From the NCBI GenBank assembly GCA_963796965.1, contig CAWCNS010000009.1, forward strand, positions 576,001 to 640,000: a stretch of 64,000 nt of DNA, in the 5' to 3' direction. Each line of letters begins with the position of its first letter. The first letter of the stretch is position 1. Positions 10,171 to 20,592 of this stretch are shown here, one piece after another. A program made the position numbers and the translations under genes. Under the pieces are notes generated by a model. That model had not been told where the DNA came from, did no database searches, and saw nothing but the letters and a program-made list of their open reading frames with translations. Source of the stretch: Calditrichia bacterium (lineage in GTDB: Bacteria > Calditrichota > Calditrichia > JAJRVZ01).

Positions 10171-10603
10171 AATTAATCGCGTTGACCTGAAAGGTATTAA
10201 AAATCATGGTGTAAAAGATTATCCTTATGAGTGCTGTGGATTTTTGTTTGGTAAATCCTCTGAGGAGACTAAGACTATCTTGAAAATTCAGCCAGTTCAG
10301 AATTCTCGTGCTAGTGAAAACAAACATAACCGCTACCTGATTACACCCCAGGAATTTTTGAAGGCAGAACGTCTTGCCAGAATAGAAGGACTTGATATTA
10401 TTGGATTTTATCATTCACACCCGGATGCAGAGGCAAGACCATCCCAATATGACCTGGATTATAGTTGGCCGGTATATTCTTATCTCATTGTATCTGTAAA
10501 AAAAGGGAAAGCTAAAGAAGCAACATCATGGCAGATAAAAGAAGATCGATCGGAATTTTTACAGGAGGAGCTAGCTATTAATACAGCTCCGGTTGAGATC
10601 TGA
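10160..10603 (+). CDS. mec: JAB/MPN+ (M67) metallopeptidase, Mec-like
   Basis: YPYECCG and GFYHSHPD..ARPSQYD JAMM motif. Confidence 0.85.
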   Translation: MKIKINRVDLKGIKNHGVKDYPYECCGFLFGKSSEETKTILKIQPVQNSRASENKHNRYLITPQEFLKAERLARIEGLDIIGFYHSHPDAEARPSQYDLDYSWPVYSYLIVSVKKGKAKEATSWQIKEDRSEFLQEELAINTAPVEI

Positions 10604-10689
10604 AGATCACTACAAAATAGTTGGAATTTAGACTTGGTAGTAGCAAAAAGAATGAATCATTAGTGGATAAAAACATGGAGCCATAAATC

Positions 10690-12132
10690 ATGAAGACCCA
10701 AATAATCATACCCAGCGCCTTGCGCCAGTATACAGATAATAATGATGCTATTGAATCTGCCGGTAAGACTGTCGCAGAGGTATTAGAAGATTTAACAACA
10801 CAATATCCGCTGCTTAAAAAACATCTTTTTAGTGAAGATGGCAGATTGCGGAATTTTGTTAATATTTATATTAATGAAGATGATATTCGCAGCCAGCAAC
10901 AGAAACAAACTTCAATAAAGGAAGGCGATATCGTCTCAATTATTCCATCTGTAGCCGGAGGAAATTTTGATATAGCTGATACAAAGGAAGTTGATTTATC
11001 TTCCGAGGAAATCAGTCGCTACAGTCGCCATATTTTAATGCCAGAGGTAGGCATTGAGGGTCAGAAAAAATTAAAGAATTCATCGGCATTAATCGTAGGT
11101 CTGGGCGGTCTTGGTTCACCTTTGTCTTTATATCTGGCTGCCGCAGGAATGGGCAGATTGGGATTGGTTGATTCCGATGTCGTTGATCAAACCAACCTGC
11201 AGCGTCAGATCATCTATTCTGAAGATCAGGTTGGACAGTCAAAGATACAGAGTGCAAAAGATCGTCTTAGTGGCATTAATCCACATATCAGGATTGATAC
11301 CTATGAAACCTTTTTTACTTCTGATAATGCAATGGAATTGGCTTCCCCCTACGATATGATTATTGATGGCACGGATAATTTTGCTACCCGCTATCTTGCC
11401 AATGATGTCAGTGTTCTTTTGGGAATTCCAAATGTACATGGCAGTATTTTTCGCTTTGATGGTCAGGTTTCTGTTTTTGATGCAAAAAATGGGCCCTGTT
11501 ATCGGTGTCTTTATCCAGAGCCGCCACCTCCAGGTATGGTTCCAAGTTGTGCTGAGGGAGGCGTTTTGGGAATTTTACCTGGTATAATAGGCATGATCCA
11601 GGCAACCGAAGCGATAAAGCTGGCCCTGGGCCAGGGTGATAGCCTGGTCGGGAGATTATTAACCTTCGATGCCATGCGCATGAAATTTCGGGAGTTGAAA
11701 CTTAACAAGGATCCAAATTGCCCGATTTGTGGTGACAACCCCTCTATCACTGAGCTCATCGATTATGATGCATTTTGCGGTTTAGGTCCTGATTCCCATG
11801 ATATTCTGGAGGAGGAGTGGAATATTCACCCTAACCAACTAAAAAATGCTCTGGATAAAGGAGAAAAGATTCGCATTGTGGATGTGCGTCAACCACAAGA
11901 ATATGCTATCGCGAGATTACCGCAATCAGATCTGATTCCCTTATCAAACCTGGAGGTAAGTCTTCATACATTAAATCGTGATGAGGAAATTGTGGTGCTC
12001 TGCCGTTCTGGTATTCGCAGCGCTCAGGCAGTTAAATATTTACGAGAGGCGGGATTTAAAAATGTAAAAAATCTTGAAGGTGGCATTCTGGCCTGGGCCG
12101 ATCAGATTGATTCAGAAATGATAAAATATTAG
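10690..12132 (+). CDS. moeB: Fusion of MoaD/CysO-like sulfur carrier, MoeB/ThiF adenylyltransferase and rhodanese (MoeZ-like)
   Basis: N-terminal IIIPSALRQY...IIPSVAGG; RYSRH, VGLGGLGS, NLQRQ, CYRC and CPIC; C-terminal DVR..EY, CRSGIRS, LEGGILAW. Confidence 0.9.
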   Translation: MKTQIIIPSALRQYTDNNDAIESAGKTVAEVLEDLTTQYPLLKKHLFSEDGRLRNFVNIYINEDDIRSQQQKQTSIKEGDIVSIIPSVAGGNFDIADTKEVDLSSEEISRYSRHILMPEVGIEGQKKLKNSSALIVGLGGLGSPLSLYLAAAGMGRLGLVDSDVVDQTNLQRQIIYSEDQVGQSKIQSAKDRLSGINPHIRIDTYETFFTSDNAMELASPYDMIIDGTDNFATRYLANDVSVLLGIPNVHGSIFRFDGQVSVFDAKNGPCYRCLYPEPPPPGMVPSCAEGGVLGILPGIIGMIQATEAIKLALGQGDSLVGRLLTFDAMRMKFRELKLNKDPNCPICGDNPSITELIDYDAFCGLGPDSHDILEEEWNIHPNQLKNALDKGEKIRIVDVRQPQEYAIARLPQSDLIPLSNLEVSLHTLNRDEEIVVLCRSGIRSAQAVKYLREAGFKNVKNLEGGILAWADQIDSEMIKY

Positions 12133-12135
12133 ATC

Positions 12136-12309
12136 TCAATAATAAAGTGGGTGGCCATGATTAAAATTAAGAAATCGGATAATTACTCCCAGGGAAACAA
12201 TCACAAAAAAGCTGCCCACAATTCCTCCCAATTCTAATCCTCCTATAAATGAACAAATCAATAAATAGAAAATTGATACCCAATTTAGAAAAATTAAGGA
12301 TTTCGTCAT
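12136..12309 (-). CDS. Small two-helix membrane protein (57 aa), not in the ORF track
   Basis: AAGGAG RBS; MTKSLIFLNWVSIFYLLICSFIGGLELGGIVGSFFVIVSLGVIIRFLNFNHGHPLYY. Confidence 0.5.
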   Translation of the reverse strand: MTKSLIFLNWVSIFYLLICSFIGGLELGGIVGSFFVIVSLGVIIRFLNFNHGHPLYY

Positions 12310-12462
12310 GTCATGATCTCCTTTTCAGAATATGTATAAACCTTAGTAAATGATACATGCTTTGATGTACATGGCACAGTTACTTTATCTATCTCGTATT
12401 AAATAATAAACCAACTGAATATACTCTTCAAGTGGTCGTTATAATTTTTATTCCAGAAATTG

Positions 12463-14064
12463 CTATATTATTTCATGCTGATGTAGAAGTGTAATATCAT
12501 TATTAAACGCGTTATCTTTGTCTTTCAAACTTCTTTTATCAAATTGAAATTTAATTAGACTATCATAAGTATCTTCTATTTTGTCTATAACCATTTGAAT
12601 ACTTACCATAATTTCATCGTAGATTTTTTGTTTTACATCATTTAGTTCTGGTAAACTTGATAAAATTTCAACAATAGATTCACCCGTACAACGTACTGCC
12701 TCCATTAATTCTTCTTTTATAAAACCCTCAATATATCTTTCTTCGGCCAATTTTCTGGCATATTCGAGCAAATTGGTACGGTCACCTGTTTTTAAATCAT
12801 TCTCAAGCATCTTGTACAAGTAGCCCACTCTAAAAATTAATTTGTCCAGATTAATTTTTTGATATGATGGAAAAATATTTCTGTTTTTATTTGCCAGAAG
12901 TTTTTCCAAAATACTCTGAATGATCTTTTGACGATAAGCAATCAATGATTCATAAATGATTAAATATTTTCTCTCACTTACCGCTTTATATGGTCGTATC
13001 TCATTTCTATATCGCCATTCAAAAGGATTACTCTTCATATTTGCTATCAAAAATAATAGGCGGCGTTTAATATCATAGCGAGAAGTTGGTGTCCAGGAAA
13101 GGATTGCATATGAAGAAGCTGGATTAACCCTCATTTCCCTATCAATATATTTCACCATCCAAATCTTCTCGAATGTGGGGGTATTAATCAATCGCCCTAA
13201 TATACATTTGATAAATATTCCAATACGCGTAATACTTTTGGGTATAAACATGGGTTCAACATTCTCGAAATATTTATACTTCGTTGCGATTTCGAATAAT
13301 TCTTTATGAGAGGTACATTTAGGTGAACTTGCAATTAAAATTTTAAAATCTGGTATCTTTTTTGAGTTTTTAAGGCATTGCAAAAAAAAGAAAACAAGAT
13401 CATATATGTGTAAGTATGGAACTGCTGCTCGGCCTTTACCCGCTAGCAATCTACAATTCCAATGGGGAGATAACCAAGTAGATAAAAATGAATATAGAGG
13501 AAGATACTCGCACCAATCGCTGAAGATAGCTGACTGGCGAACAACAACACAGGGAAAGGTTTTCGAATATTTTTTTACTAACGCCTCCCCTGCACTTTTT
13601 GATCGAGCATAGGGAAAGGTTGCATCAGCAGGACTCTTTTCTGTTAAGATACTATCCGACTTTGTAAATTCTGATACAGTAAGTGTGCTTGAAAATATAA
13701 ATCGGGATAGTCCCAGATCTTTACAATATTTAAGGATGTTTTCGGTGCCAAGAATATTTGTTCTTTCATATTCACGATCTTCACTATTCTGAAAATTATA
13801 AAAGGCTGCTAAATGTAGGAAGTAATCAGCACCTCCCCTTTCAGCAATTTCCTCCAAAAGATGCTTAACTTTAATTTCATCGGCAATATCTAATCTATTC
13901 CAAACAATATTTGGATGAATAGCTATACCGGCTTCTTTTTGAGATCTTCTCGCCAAGCCATAGATATAGTACTTATCTTTTATGGCGTCCAGGAAATACC
14001 TGCCCACAAATCCGGAGGCCCCACTAACTATGATTACTGGTAAATCAGATGGGCGCTTCACCAC
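12463..14064 (-). CDS. NAD-dependent epimerase/dehydratase (extended SDR) with extra C-terminal helical domain
   Basis: VSGASGFVG, HLAA, YARSK catalytic motif; about 180 aa extension. Confidence 0.8.
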   Translation of the reverse strand: MVKRPSDLPVIIVSGASGFVGRYFLDAIKDKYYIYGLARRSQKEAGIAIHPNIVWNRLDIADEIKVKHLLEEIAERGGADYFLHLAAFYNFQNSEDREYERTNILGTENILKYCKDLGLSRFIFSSTLTVSEFTKSDSILTEKSPADATFPYARSKSAGEALVKKYSKTFPCVVVRQSAIFSDWCEYLPLYSFLSTWLSPHWNCRLLAGKGRAAVPYLHIYDLVFFFLQCLKNSKKIPDFKILIASSPKCTSHKELFEIATKYKYFENVEPMFIPKSITRIGIFIKCILGRLINTPTFEKIWMVKYIDREMRVNPASSYAILSWTPTSRYDIKRRLLFLIANMKSNPFEWRYRNEIRPYKAVSERKYLIIYESLIAYRQKIIQSILEKLLANKNRNIFPSYQKINLDKLIFRVGYLYKMLENDLKTGDRTNLLEYARKLAEERYIEGFIKEELMEAVRCTGESIVEILSSLPELNDVKQKIYDEIMVSIQMVIDKIEDTYDSLIKFQFDKRSLKDKDNAFNNDITLLHQHEII

Positions 14065-14301
14065 TGATACCCCTTAAAAACGAATAGGTATATGCACGTA
14101 AGTAATTATCCAATTCGAGTAGGTAATTTTATTCTTAGTCTTAACAGAAAAGGAGAAGTGAAAATTTCAAGTAGAGGCTGGATCAGAAAGAATTTCCATG
14201 AGCTGTTTTAGGATTCATATCAAATATAGTTATTTTTAATCTCAAAACAAGCGAATTTATTAAGATATTGTGTTATAGTATCTGCAATTGTTATACACAA
14301 A

Positions 14302-14598
14302 TTAGCTTCGTATCACTTCATAGAGCCCCGGGTAATTAGATGGATAGTCGGTAGCTGATTCCACAATACTATTGAGTTCTTTATTGTTCAAAGCAGCCAT
14401 AAAATGGTCTGGTGATTCCCATTCTGAGATAATTACCAGATGAAATCTGGCATCTGGATTGATCGCGCGATGGAACTTCGCCGTTACCTATCCTGGTTGC
14501 TTTCTAAAATACGCAGCAAATTTATCCCACATAACAATTGCCTGTTCCTCATTTCCTTCCGATACTTCGAATGGATTGATTACAATTATATTAGCCAT
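14302..14598 (-). pseudogene. Antibiotic biosynthesis monooxygenase (ABM) family gene with one in-frame TAG
   Basis: GGGGA RBS; MANIIVINPFEV...FRKQPG*VTAKFHRAINPDARFHLVIISEWES...PGLYEVIRS; TAG at 14488-14490 is codon 37 of 98. Confidence 0.7.
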
Positions 14599-14872
14599 TT
14601 ATCCCCTAGATTTACTAAAATTAATATACCCTCATTTATTTGAATTATTCTATATTCAACCTGCTTCTATTCCGGGTTATTCCATTAGTTAAATATAGAA
14701 AAACGTATATTGACAGAATTCAAATGAATAAAAACATATTGAAATTAAAATTGCTGGATGTTATTTTAGAAATAGATTATCGCCTTTATCATCATTCCCA
14801 ATATTTTAATTGAATACTAATATTGCACCGCTATCTTATATTATAAGGACTAATCCAGGAAAGGATGTTGTT

Positions 14873-17800
14873 GTGCGAAATTTCTTAAAAATTGTTGCGA
14901 CAATAGTTCTACTCAAATTCTGTATGTTAATAGTACCGACGAGTGGCTTTGCTCAAATGAAGCCTGTAATCGGACTACATGAGAATGTGCCCAATGTTGT
15001 TTATCTGACAAACGTCCGGATTATAAAAGCCCCAGGCCTTGTAATTGAAAAGGGCATTCTTTTTATAAGAGATGGCCGAATTGAAGCTGTTGGATCAGGT
15101 ATAAAAGCGCCAGCTGATGCCCATGTTATTGACCTGAAAGGAAAAACAATCTATCCCGGGTTTATAGATTTATTTTCTTCCTTTGGTTTGGAAGAGAATG
15201 ATAATTCCAAAGCAAAAAGTGTCGCGAGTGAAAGCTATCAAACCAGAGGCGCTGTCTACTGGAACCCGGAAGTTCATCCCCAGACGAATGCCGCCCATGA
15301 GTTAGAGTCAAACAAAGAACAGGCTGATCTCTTACGTGGGAATGGATTTACGACCGTTCTTACCTTACCGGCTAAGGGTATCTTCCGGGGAAGCGGTGCT
15401 CTTATTCAATTAACAGATGACACACCAAATAAAATGATCCAAGAATCCAATCTGGTTCAATCCTTATCATTTAAAAAGGGAAAGATACCTAGGATAAGAA
15501 GCACTGCATCATACCCGCGCTCGACAATGGGCAGTATTTCACTCATTCGTCAGGTTTTTTTGGATGCCCAGTGGTACGAACAGGCCTGGACAAAATATCG
15601 TCGTTCACCTTCCGGACGAGCGACCCCACCAACCGATTTAACTCTCGAGGCTCTGGTTCCATTTTTAAATAAGAAGAGGCCGGTAATCACCTCCATATCT
15701 AACGAATTGGAGATATTTAGAGCCGCCAAGATAGCCCGGGAGCTTGACCTGAAGATGTGGTTCATGGGATGTGGCAGTGAATATCGCCGCATTGATGATC
15801 TCAAAGATCTGAAAACGAAAATAATTATCCCTCTCAACTTTCCGCCTCCACCTATCGTTTCATCAGAGGAGCGAGCCCTTTCGGTAAATCTTCGTGATTT
15901 AAAATATTGGGATGTAGCAGCAGAAAATCCTGCCCGCCTAGCCAAAGCAAAAATAGATTTTGTATTATCTTCAACGCAGCTCACGAAAGAATCTGCTTTC
16001 CTCAAAAATTTAAGATTAGCTGTACGCAGAGGTCTTCCGGAGAAAGAGGCACTAACAGCCTTAACCCTCAGACCGGCTAAATGGCTAAATATGGATGATC
16101 AACTTGGTAGTCTTGACAAAGGCAAAATTGCCAATTTTTTTATCACAGATGGTGACCTATTTGAGGATAATACACATATATTGGAGACTTGGGTAAACGG
16201 AAAAAAGTATCCGGTTATAAATGTGCCCGTTACGGACCCAAGAGGTCTGTGGACAGTAACCATAGCAACGCAGAGTGGTGAGGAAACAGCAACGCTTGAT
16301 ATTGATGGCTCAATCGAAAAGCAAAAAGCAACGATAACATTGTGTAACGTTGAGGTTAAGATTAAAGATATTAAATTGGAAAATGGCATTCTCAATCTTT
16401 CCTTTACCGCAGATTCATCCTGCCATTCCGGAGTTACCCGCCTGACCGGTATTTTGACGGATCGGCAACTATCCGGCCTCGGCATATGGGCCAATGGTAG
16501 CAGTTTCCACTGGAAAGCAGATCTAATCAATTCCTTGAATGAAAAAACTGATAGTACCGTAGTTAATTCAAATCGGATGGCCGAATTTCCTGTGGTCTAT
16601 CCTGACGGTGCATTTGGAATGTCTTCTGCTCCGAATCAACCGCCTTCCCTGCTTATAAAAGATGCCACCATATGGACGAGCGGCCCTGAAGGTATCATTG
16701 AAAACGCGGATATGCTCATTAAAAAGGGTAAAATTTTCCGCATTGGTCGGGATCTTTCAATTCCCTCTGACACAAAAATTATTGATGCTGCTGGTAAACA
16801 CCTAACTCCGGGACTCATTGATGCTCACGCTCATATTGCTACAAGTGGCGGAGTCAATGAAGGTACCCAGGCAATTACTGCAGAAGTCAACATTAGAGAC
16901 ATCATCGATTGTGATGATATCAATATCTATCGCCAATTAGCCGGTGGTGTGACAACAGTCTGCACCCTACATGGTTCGTCCAACCCCATCGGAGGAACCT
17001 ATGCTGTGATTAAACTAAGATGGGGCGAGATGCCCGATAAAATGTTACTTAGCAAAGCAAAAGATGGGATAAAGTTTGCCCTGGGAGAAAATGTTAAGCA
17101 ATCAAACTGGTCCAATTCCGTTCCCCGTTATCCACAAACACGGATGGGTACCATTGAAATCATTGAGGATGCCTTTCGGGCAGCAATGGATTATCGTCAA
17201 GAATGGAATATGTATAAAACAGAATATAAAAAAAATAAAAATTTAATCTCCCCACGTAAGAACCTGCGGTATGAGAAAATTCTCGATATTCTTGATGGCA
17301 AGACTATTATCCACTGCCATAGTTACCGGCAGGATGAATCGTTGGCTTTAATGAGGTTGGCTGAAGAAATGAATTTTAAAATTGCTGTATTTATCCATAT
17401 TCTGGAGGGCTATAAAATTGCCACTGAATTAAAAGCCCATGGTGCCATGGCGACAACCTTCAGCGATTGGTGGACTTATAAAATGGAAGCCTATGACGCC
17501 ATTCCATATAATGGTGCGATCATGCATGAACAGGGGATTATCGTTAGTTATGATTCGGACAGCGCAGAACTAGCCCGGCGCCTGAATACCGAGGCAGCCA
17601 AGGCTGTCAAATATGGAAATGTGCCGCCTAACGAAGCTCTGAAATTTGTTACTTTAAATGCAGCCAAGCAATTGTTTTTAGAAGATCAGATCGGTAGCCT
17701 GGAGCCGGGTAAAGATGCTGATTTTGTTATATGGAGTGATTCTCCCCTCTCTACATATGCCAGGTGTGAACAGACCTGGATTGATGGTCGCAAATACTTC

Positions 17801-17908
17801 GACCTGAAAGACGATGAACAGAGAAGGGAAAAAGTTGCCAGGGAGCGGAATGTTCTAATTCAGAAAATTTTGAAGATAGAGGAGACGAAAGAGTCCACGA
17901 ATGAGTAA
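14873..17908 (+). CDS. Secreted double amidohydrolase-domain protein
   Basis: Two amidohydrolase units (IDLKGKTIYPGFID...GSLDKGKIAN; LTPGLIDAHAH...GSLEPGKDAD); likely GTG start at 14873 after GGAAAGGA. Confidence 0.85.
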   Translation: MRNFLKIVATIVLLKFCMLIVPTSGFAQMKPVIGLHENVPNVVYLTNVRIIKAPGLVIEKGILFIRDGRIEAVGSGIKAPADAHVIDLKGKTIYPGFIDLFSSFGLEENDNSKAKSVASESYQTRGAVYWNPEVHPQTNAAHELESNKEQADLLRGNGFTTVLTLPAKGIFRGSGALIQLTDDTPNKMIQESNLVQSLSFKKGKIPRIRSTASYPRSTMGSISLIRQVFLDAQWYEQAWTKYRRSPSGRATPPTDLTLEALVPFLNKKRPVITSISNELEIFRAAKIARELDLKMWFMGCGSEYRRIDDLKDLKTKIIIPLNFPPPPIVSSEERALSVNLRDLKYWDVAAENPARLAKAKIDFVLSSTQLTKESAFLKNLRLAVRRGLPEKEALTALTLRPAKWLNMDDQLGSLDKGKIANFFITDGDLFEDNTHILETWVNGKKYPVINVPVTDPRGLWTVTIATQSGEETATLDIDGSIEKQKATITLCNVEVKIKDIKLENGILNLSFTADSSCHSGVTRLTGILTDRQLSGLGIWANGSSFHWKADLINSLNEKTDSTVVNSNRMAEFPVVYPDGAFGMSSAPNQPPSLLIKDATIWTSGPEGIIENADMLIKKGKIFRIGRDLSIPSDTKIIDAAGKHLTPGLIDAHAHIATSGGVNEGTQAITAEVNIRDIIDCDDINIYRQLAGGVTTVCTLHGSSNPIGGTYAVIKLRWGEMPDKMLLSKAKDGIKFALGENVKQSNWSNSVPRYPQTRMGTIEIIEDAFRAAMDYRQEWNMYKTEYKKNKNLISPRKNLRYEKILDILDGKTIIHCHSYRQDESLALMRLAEEMNFKIAVFIHILEGYKIATELKAHGAMATTFSDWWTYKMEAYDAIPYNGAIMHEQGIIVSYDSDSAELARRLNTEAAKAVKYGNVPPNEALKFVTLNAAKQLFLEDQIGSLEPGKDADFVIWSDSPLSTYARCEQTWIDGRKYFDLKDDEQRREKVARERNVLIQKILKIEETKESTNE

Positions 17909-17993
17909 ATCACCCGTTGTCTCAGCGAGAAATACCGATGGGACATATCACGAATTATAATGATTACCGTAAGCAGAAAGCAGGAAAGAAAAT

Positions 17994-19313
17994 ATGAGAC
18001 ATTTATTAATCCAATTAATATTACTGTCAATTACATTTCTCGTTAATCAGAATGTGGGTTCAGATCAGATACCTGCCGGACCTCAAAAACAACCGATCGC
18101 CCTTACAAATGTAACCATCCATCCCATAAGCACAGAAACCATCGATAATGGAATCATTGTTTTCTCGAGAGGCCAAATCGTTGCCATTGGGAAAAATGTA
18201 TCTATACCCGGGAATGCGCATGTCATTGATCTGGCTGGTAAACATGTCTATCCGGGAATAATTGAAGCCTATTCCCGGATTGGACTAACCGAGGTCAGCG
18301 CTGTGAAAGCAACGAATGACTATCAGGAGCTTGGGCAAATAAATCCAAATGTCCGTGCAGAAGTAGCTATCAATCCAGAATCTGAATATTTTCCGGTCCA
18401 TCGGGCCAACGGTATTGCCATGGCTGTTTCAGCCCCAACAGGTGGTATTCTTTCAGGTAAATCAGCATTAATACGAATGGATGGCTGGACCTGGGAGGAT
18501 ATGACCTACAAAGCACCTGTTAGCATGATGATGGACTGGCCCTCTTTAAGCATTCCGTATTCTCCCTCCGGAGGGAAATCCGAAGAAGAAAGAAAGAATG
18601 CGATAGAGAAGAATATGGCTCTTCTTAATAAAACTTTTATGGATGTGCGTGCCTACATGGTTGCACATAGTTCCCAAACGAATAAAAATACCTCTCATTA
18701 TAAAACCGATTTAAGACTTGCGTCACTTATTCCTGTTCTACAAAGGGAACTTCCACTTTGGATAAAGGCAAATTCCCTCGTCGACATAGAAGCCGCTATC
18801 AGCTGGTCAAAAACGCAACAAATAAGAATTGTTATTATTGGAGCAGCAGACACTGAATTTACCACTGAACTATTAAAAGAAAATAATATTCCGGTGATCG
18901 TCAGCCCTATCCTCCGCCTTCCCTCCAGACGGGACGCCAATTTTGATCAGCCCTTCACTCTGCCCAACAAACTATATCAGGCAGGTGTAAAATTCTGTAT
19001 TGCCAGTGGTGGGGCCAGCGCCGTACGCAATCTTCCCTACCATGCAGCAAAAGCAGCTGCTTACGGTTTACCAAAACAAGAGGCGTTAAAAGCTATTACT
19101 GTATATGCGGCTGAAATTCTAGGCGTTTCCGATAAACTGGGTACACTTGAGATCGGGAAAGATGCCACCCTTATTATTACGGATGGTGATCCTCTGGAGA
19201 TTACCACACATGTGGAAAAATTATATATTGAGGGTAGAGATATTGACCTTGGCAATAAACATAATGACTTATATCTAAAGTATCAGAAGCGATATGAACA
19301 AACCCCTAACTAG
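17994..19313 (+). CDS. Secreted amidohydrolase family protein, partner of the upstream gene
   Basis: Signal peptide; IDLAGKHVYPG, GTLEIGKDATLIITDGDPL. Confidence 0.85.
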   Translation: MRHLLIQLILLSITFLVNQNVGSDQIPAGPQKQPIALTNVTIHPISTETIDNGIIVFSRGQIVAIGKNVSIPGNAHVIDLAGKHVYPGIIEAYSRIGLTEVSAVKATNDYQELGQINPNVRAEVAINPESEYFPVHRANGIAMAVSAPTGGILSGKSALIRMDGWTWEDMTYKAPVSMMMDWPSLSIPYSPSGGKSEEERKNAIEKNMALLNKTFMDVRAYMVAHSSQTNKNTSHYKTDLRLASLIPVLQRELPLWIKANSLVDIEAAISWSKTQQIRIVIIGAADTEFTTELLKENNIPVIVSPILRLPSRRDANFDQPFTLPNKLYQAGVKFCIASGGASAVRNLPYHAAKAAAYGLPKQEALKAITVYAAEILGVSDKLGTLEIGKDATLIITDGDPLEITTHVEKLYIEGRDIDLGNKHNDLYLKYQKRYEQTPN

Positions 19314-19320
19314 GGCTGAT

Positions 19321-20571
19321 TTATTCATATCTCAAAGCTTCAACCGGCTCTACACTCGCAGCTTTGCGCGCCGGGAAGAAACCGGCAAATAGACCAATAA
19401 GCGAAAGGAGTGTAATAGATACTGCGATCACAGAATGTGATAAGAGAGGACGACCTAGAAAAGACATAGCCCCCTCCTGCGCCGGCATCATCCATACTAA
19501 TTTGATCAAACCAACAGATGCTAACATTCCTAAAGAGCCACCAATAAAAGCGATGAGCAATGATTCAAAAATAAACTGAAAAATGATATGACTTCGCTTT
19601 GCCCCAACGGCCCGCTTAATACCAATTTCACGGGTGCGTTCTTTAGCAACCACATACATAATATTTGCCACACCAACACCGGCAATTATCAAAGACATGG
19701 ATCCTATCACCGCCAGAAAAATATTTATTCCTCTGAATATTTTTGCGCCTTCCTGTTCATTCTCAATAAAATTCCACATGGGCACTGCTCTTTCATCGGT
19801 GGGATCGAAATGATACTTCTTACCAAGAACCCTTCTGATTTCCTGCTCAACAAAAAGCCCGTTTTCAACACGGCTTGGTTTAACAATTAATTCATCAAGA
19901 TAGGGATCTCCATAAATACTTTGAAAGGTTGTAAAAGGGATAAGTGCTCTTTCATCATCTGGACCATTGTTCATTGATGTCTGTAGCTTTTTGGGCATAG
20001 TACCGACTACAGTAAAAGGTATGCCATCAATTTCAACTGTCTCACCATAGGGATCGGGTCGACCGAAAAGCTCCCTGGCAATTTCACCCCCCAGAAAAAC
20101 AACACGTTTTCTTTCTCGTAAATCCATACCATTCAAAAACCGTCCGCCAGCACCATGAAAGGTTCGACGTAAAAATTCAAATTCTGGATATACACCTTCC
20201 ATATAGGTTGATGAAATTATATCGCCAACTTTTAGACGCGCTCTTCTGCCTAAACCAGGTACGGCAACAGCAACCTGTGGAATATTTTTTTCAATGACTT
20301 CACAGTCTTCGATGCGTAGCCAAATCCGACGGCCTACAGGTAATCCTTCCCATTTTTTTGTTGTCTGCCCACCATAGACACGAATTATTCTGTCACCAGC
20401 GTTGAGTAGACCTTCCCGCATTTGATGGGATAATCCTTCACCAAACGCCATTAAAAGGGTTACCGCAAGAATCCCCCAGGATATTGCAATAGTTGTTAAA
20501 ATAGCTCGGGTCTTTTGTGACTTTATATCCTCAATAAACTCTCTTAATAATATCAACATATTCATAGACAT
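19321..20571 (-). CDS. MacB/FtsX-like ABC transporter permease
   Basis: GVGVANIMYV..KERTREIGIKRAVGA; PARKAASVEPVEALRYE. Confidence 0.9.
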   Translation of the reverse strand: MSMNMLILLREFIEDIKSQKTRAILTTIAISWGILAVTLLMAFGEGLSHQMREGLLNAGDRIIRVYGGQTTKKWEGLPVGRRIWLRIEDCEVIEKNIPQVAVAVPGLGRRARLKVGDIISSTYMEGVYPEFEFLRRTFHGAGGRFLNGMDLRERKRVVFLGGEIARELFGRPDPYGETVEIDGIPFTVVGTMPKKLQTSMNNGPDDERALIPFTTFQSIYGDPYLDELIVKPSRVENGLFVEQEIRRVLGKKYHFDPTDERAVPMWNFIENEQEGAKIFRGINIFLAVIGSMSLIIAGVGVANIMYVVAKERTREIGIKRAVGAKRSHIIFQFIFESLLIAFIGGSLGMLASVGLIKLVWMMPAQEGAMSFLGRPLLSHSVIAVSITLLSLIGLFAGFFPARKAASVEPVEALRYE

Positions 20572-20592
20572 TCATCCTGAAATGGAAATCGG

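Noticed and set aside
10160..12132. Ubiquitin-like anti-phage system (Ubl/E1/JAB as in CBASS type II or Bil)
   Set aside because: No E2 or cyclase gene; the rhodanese fusion, cysM linkage and Cys leader point to sulfur transfer
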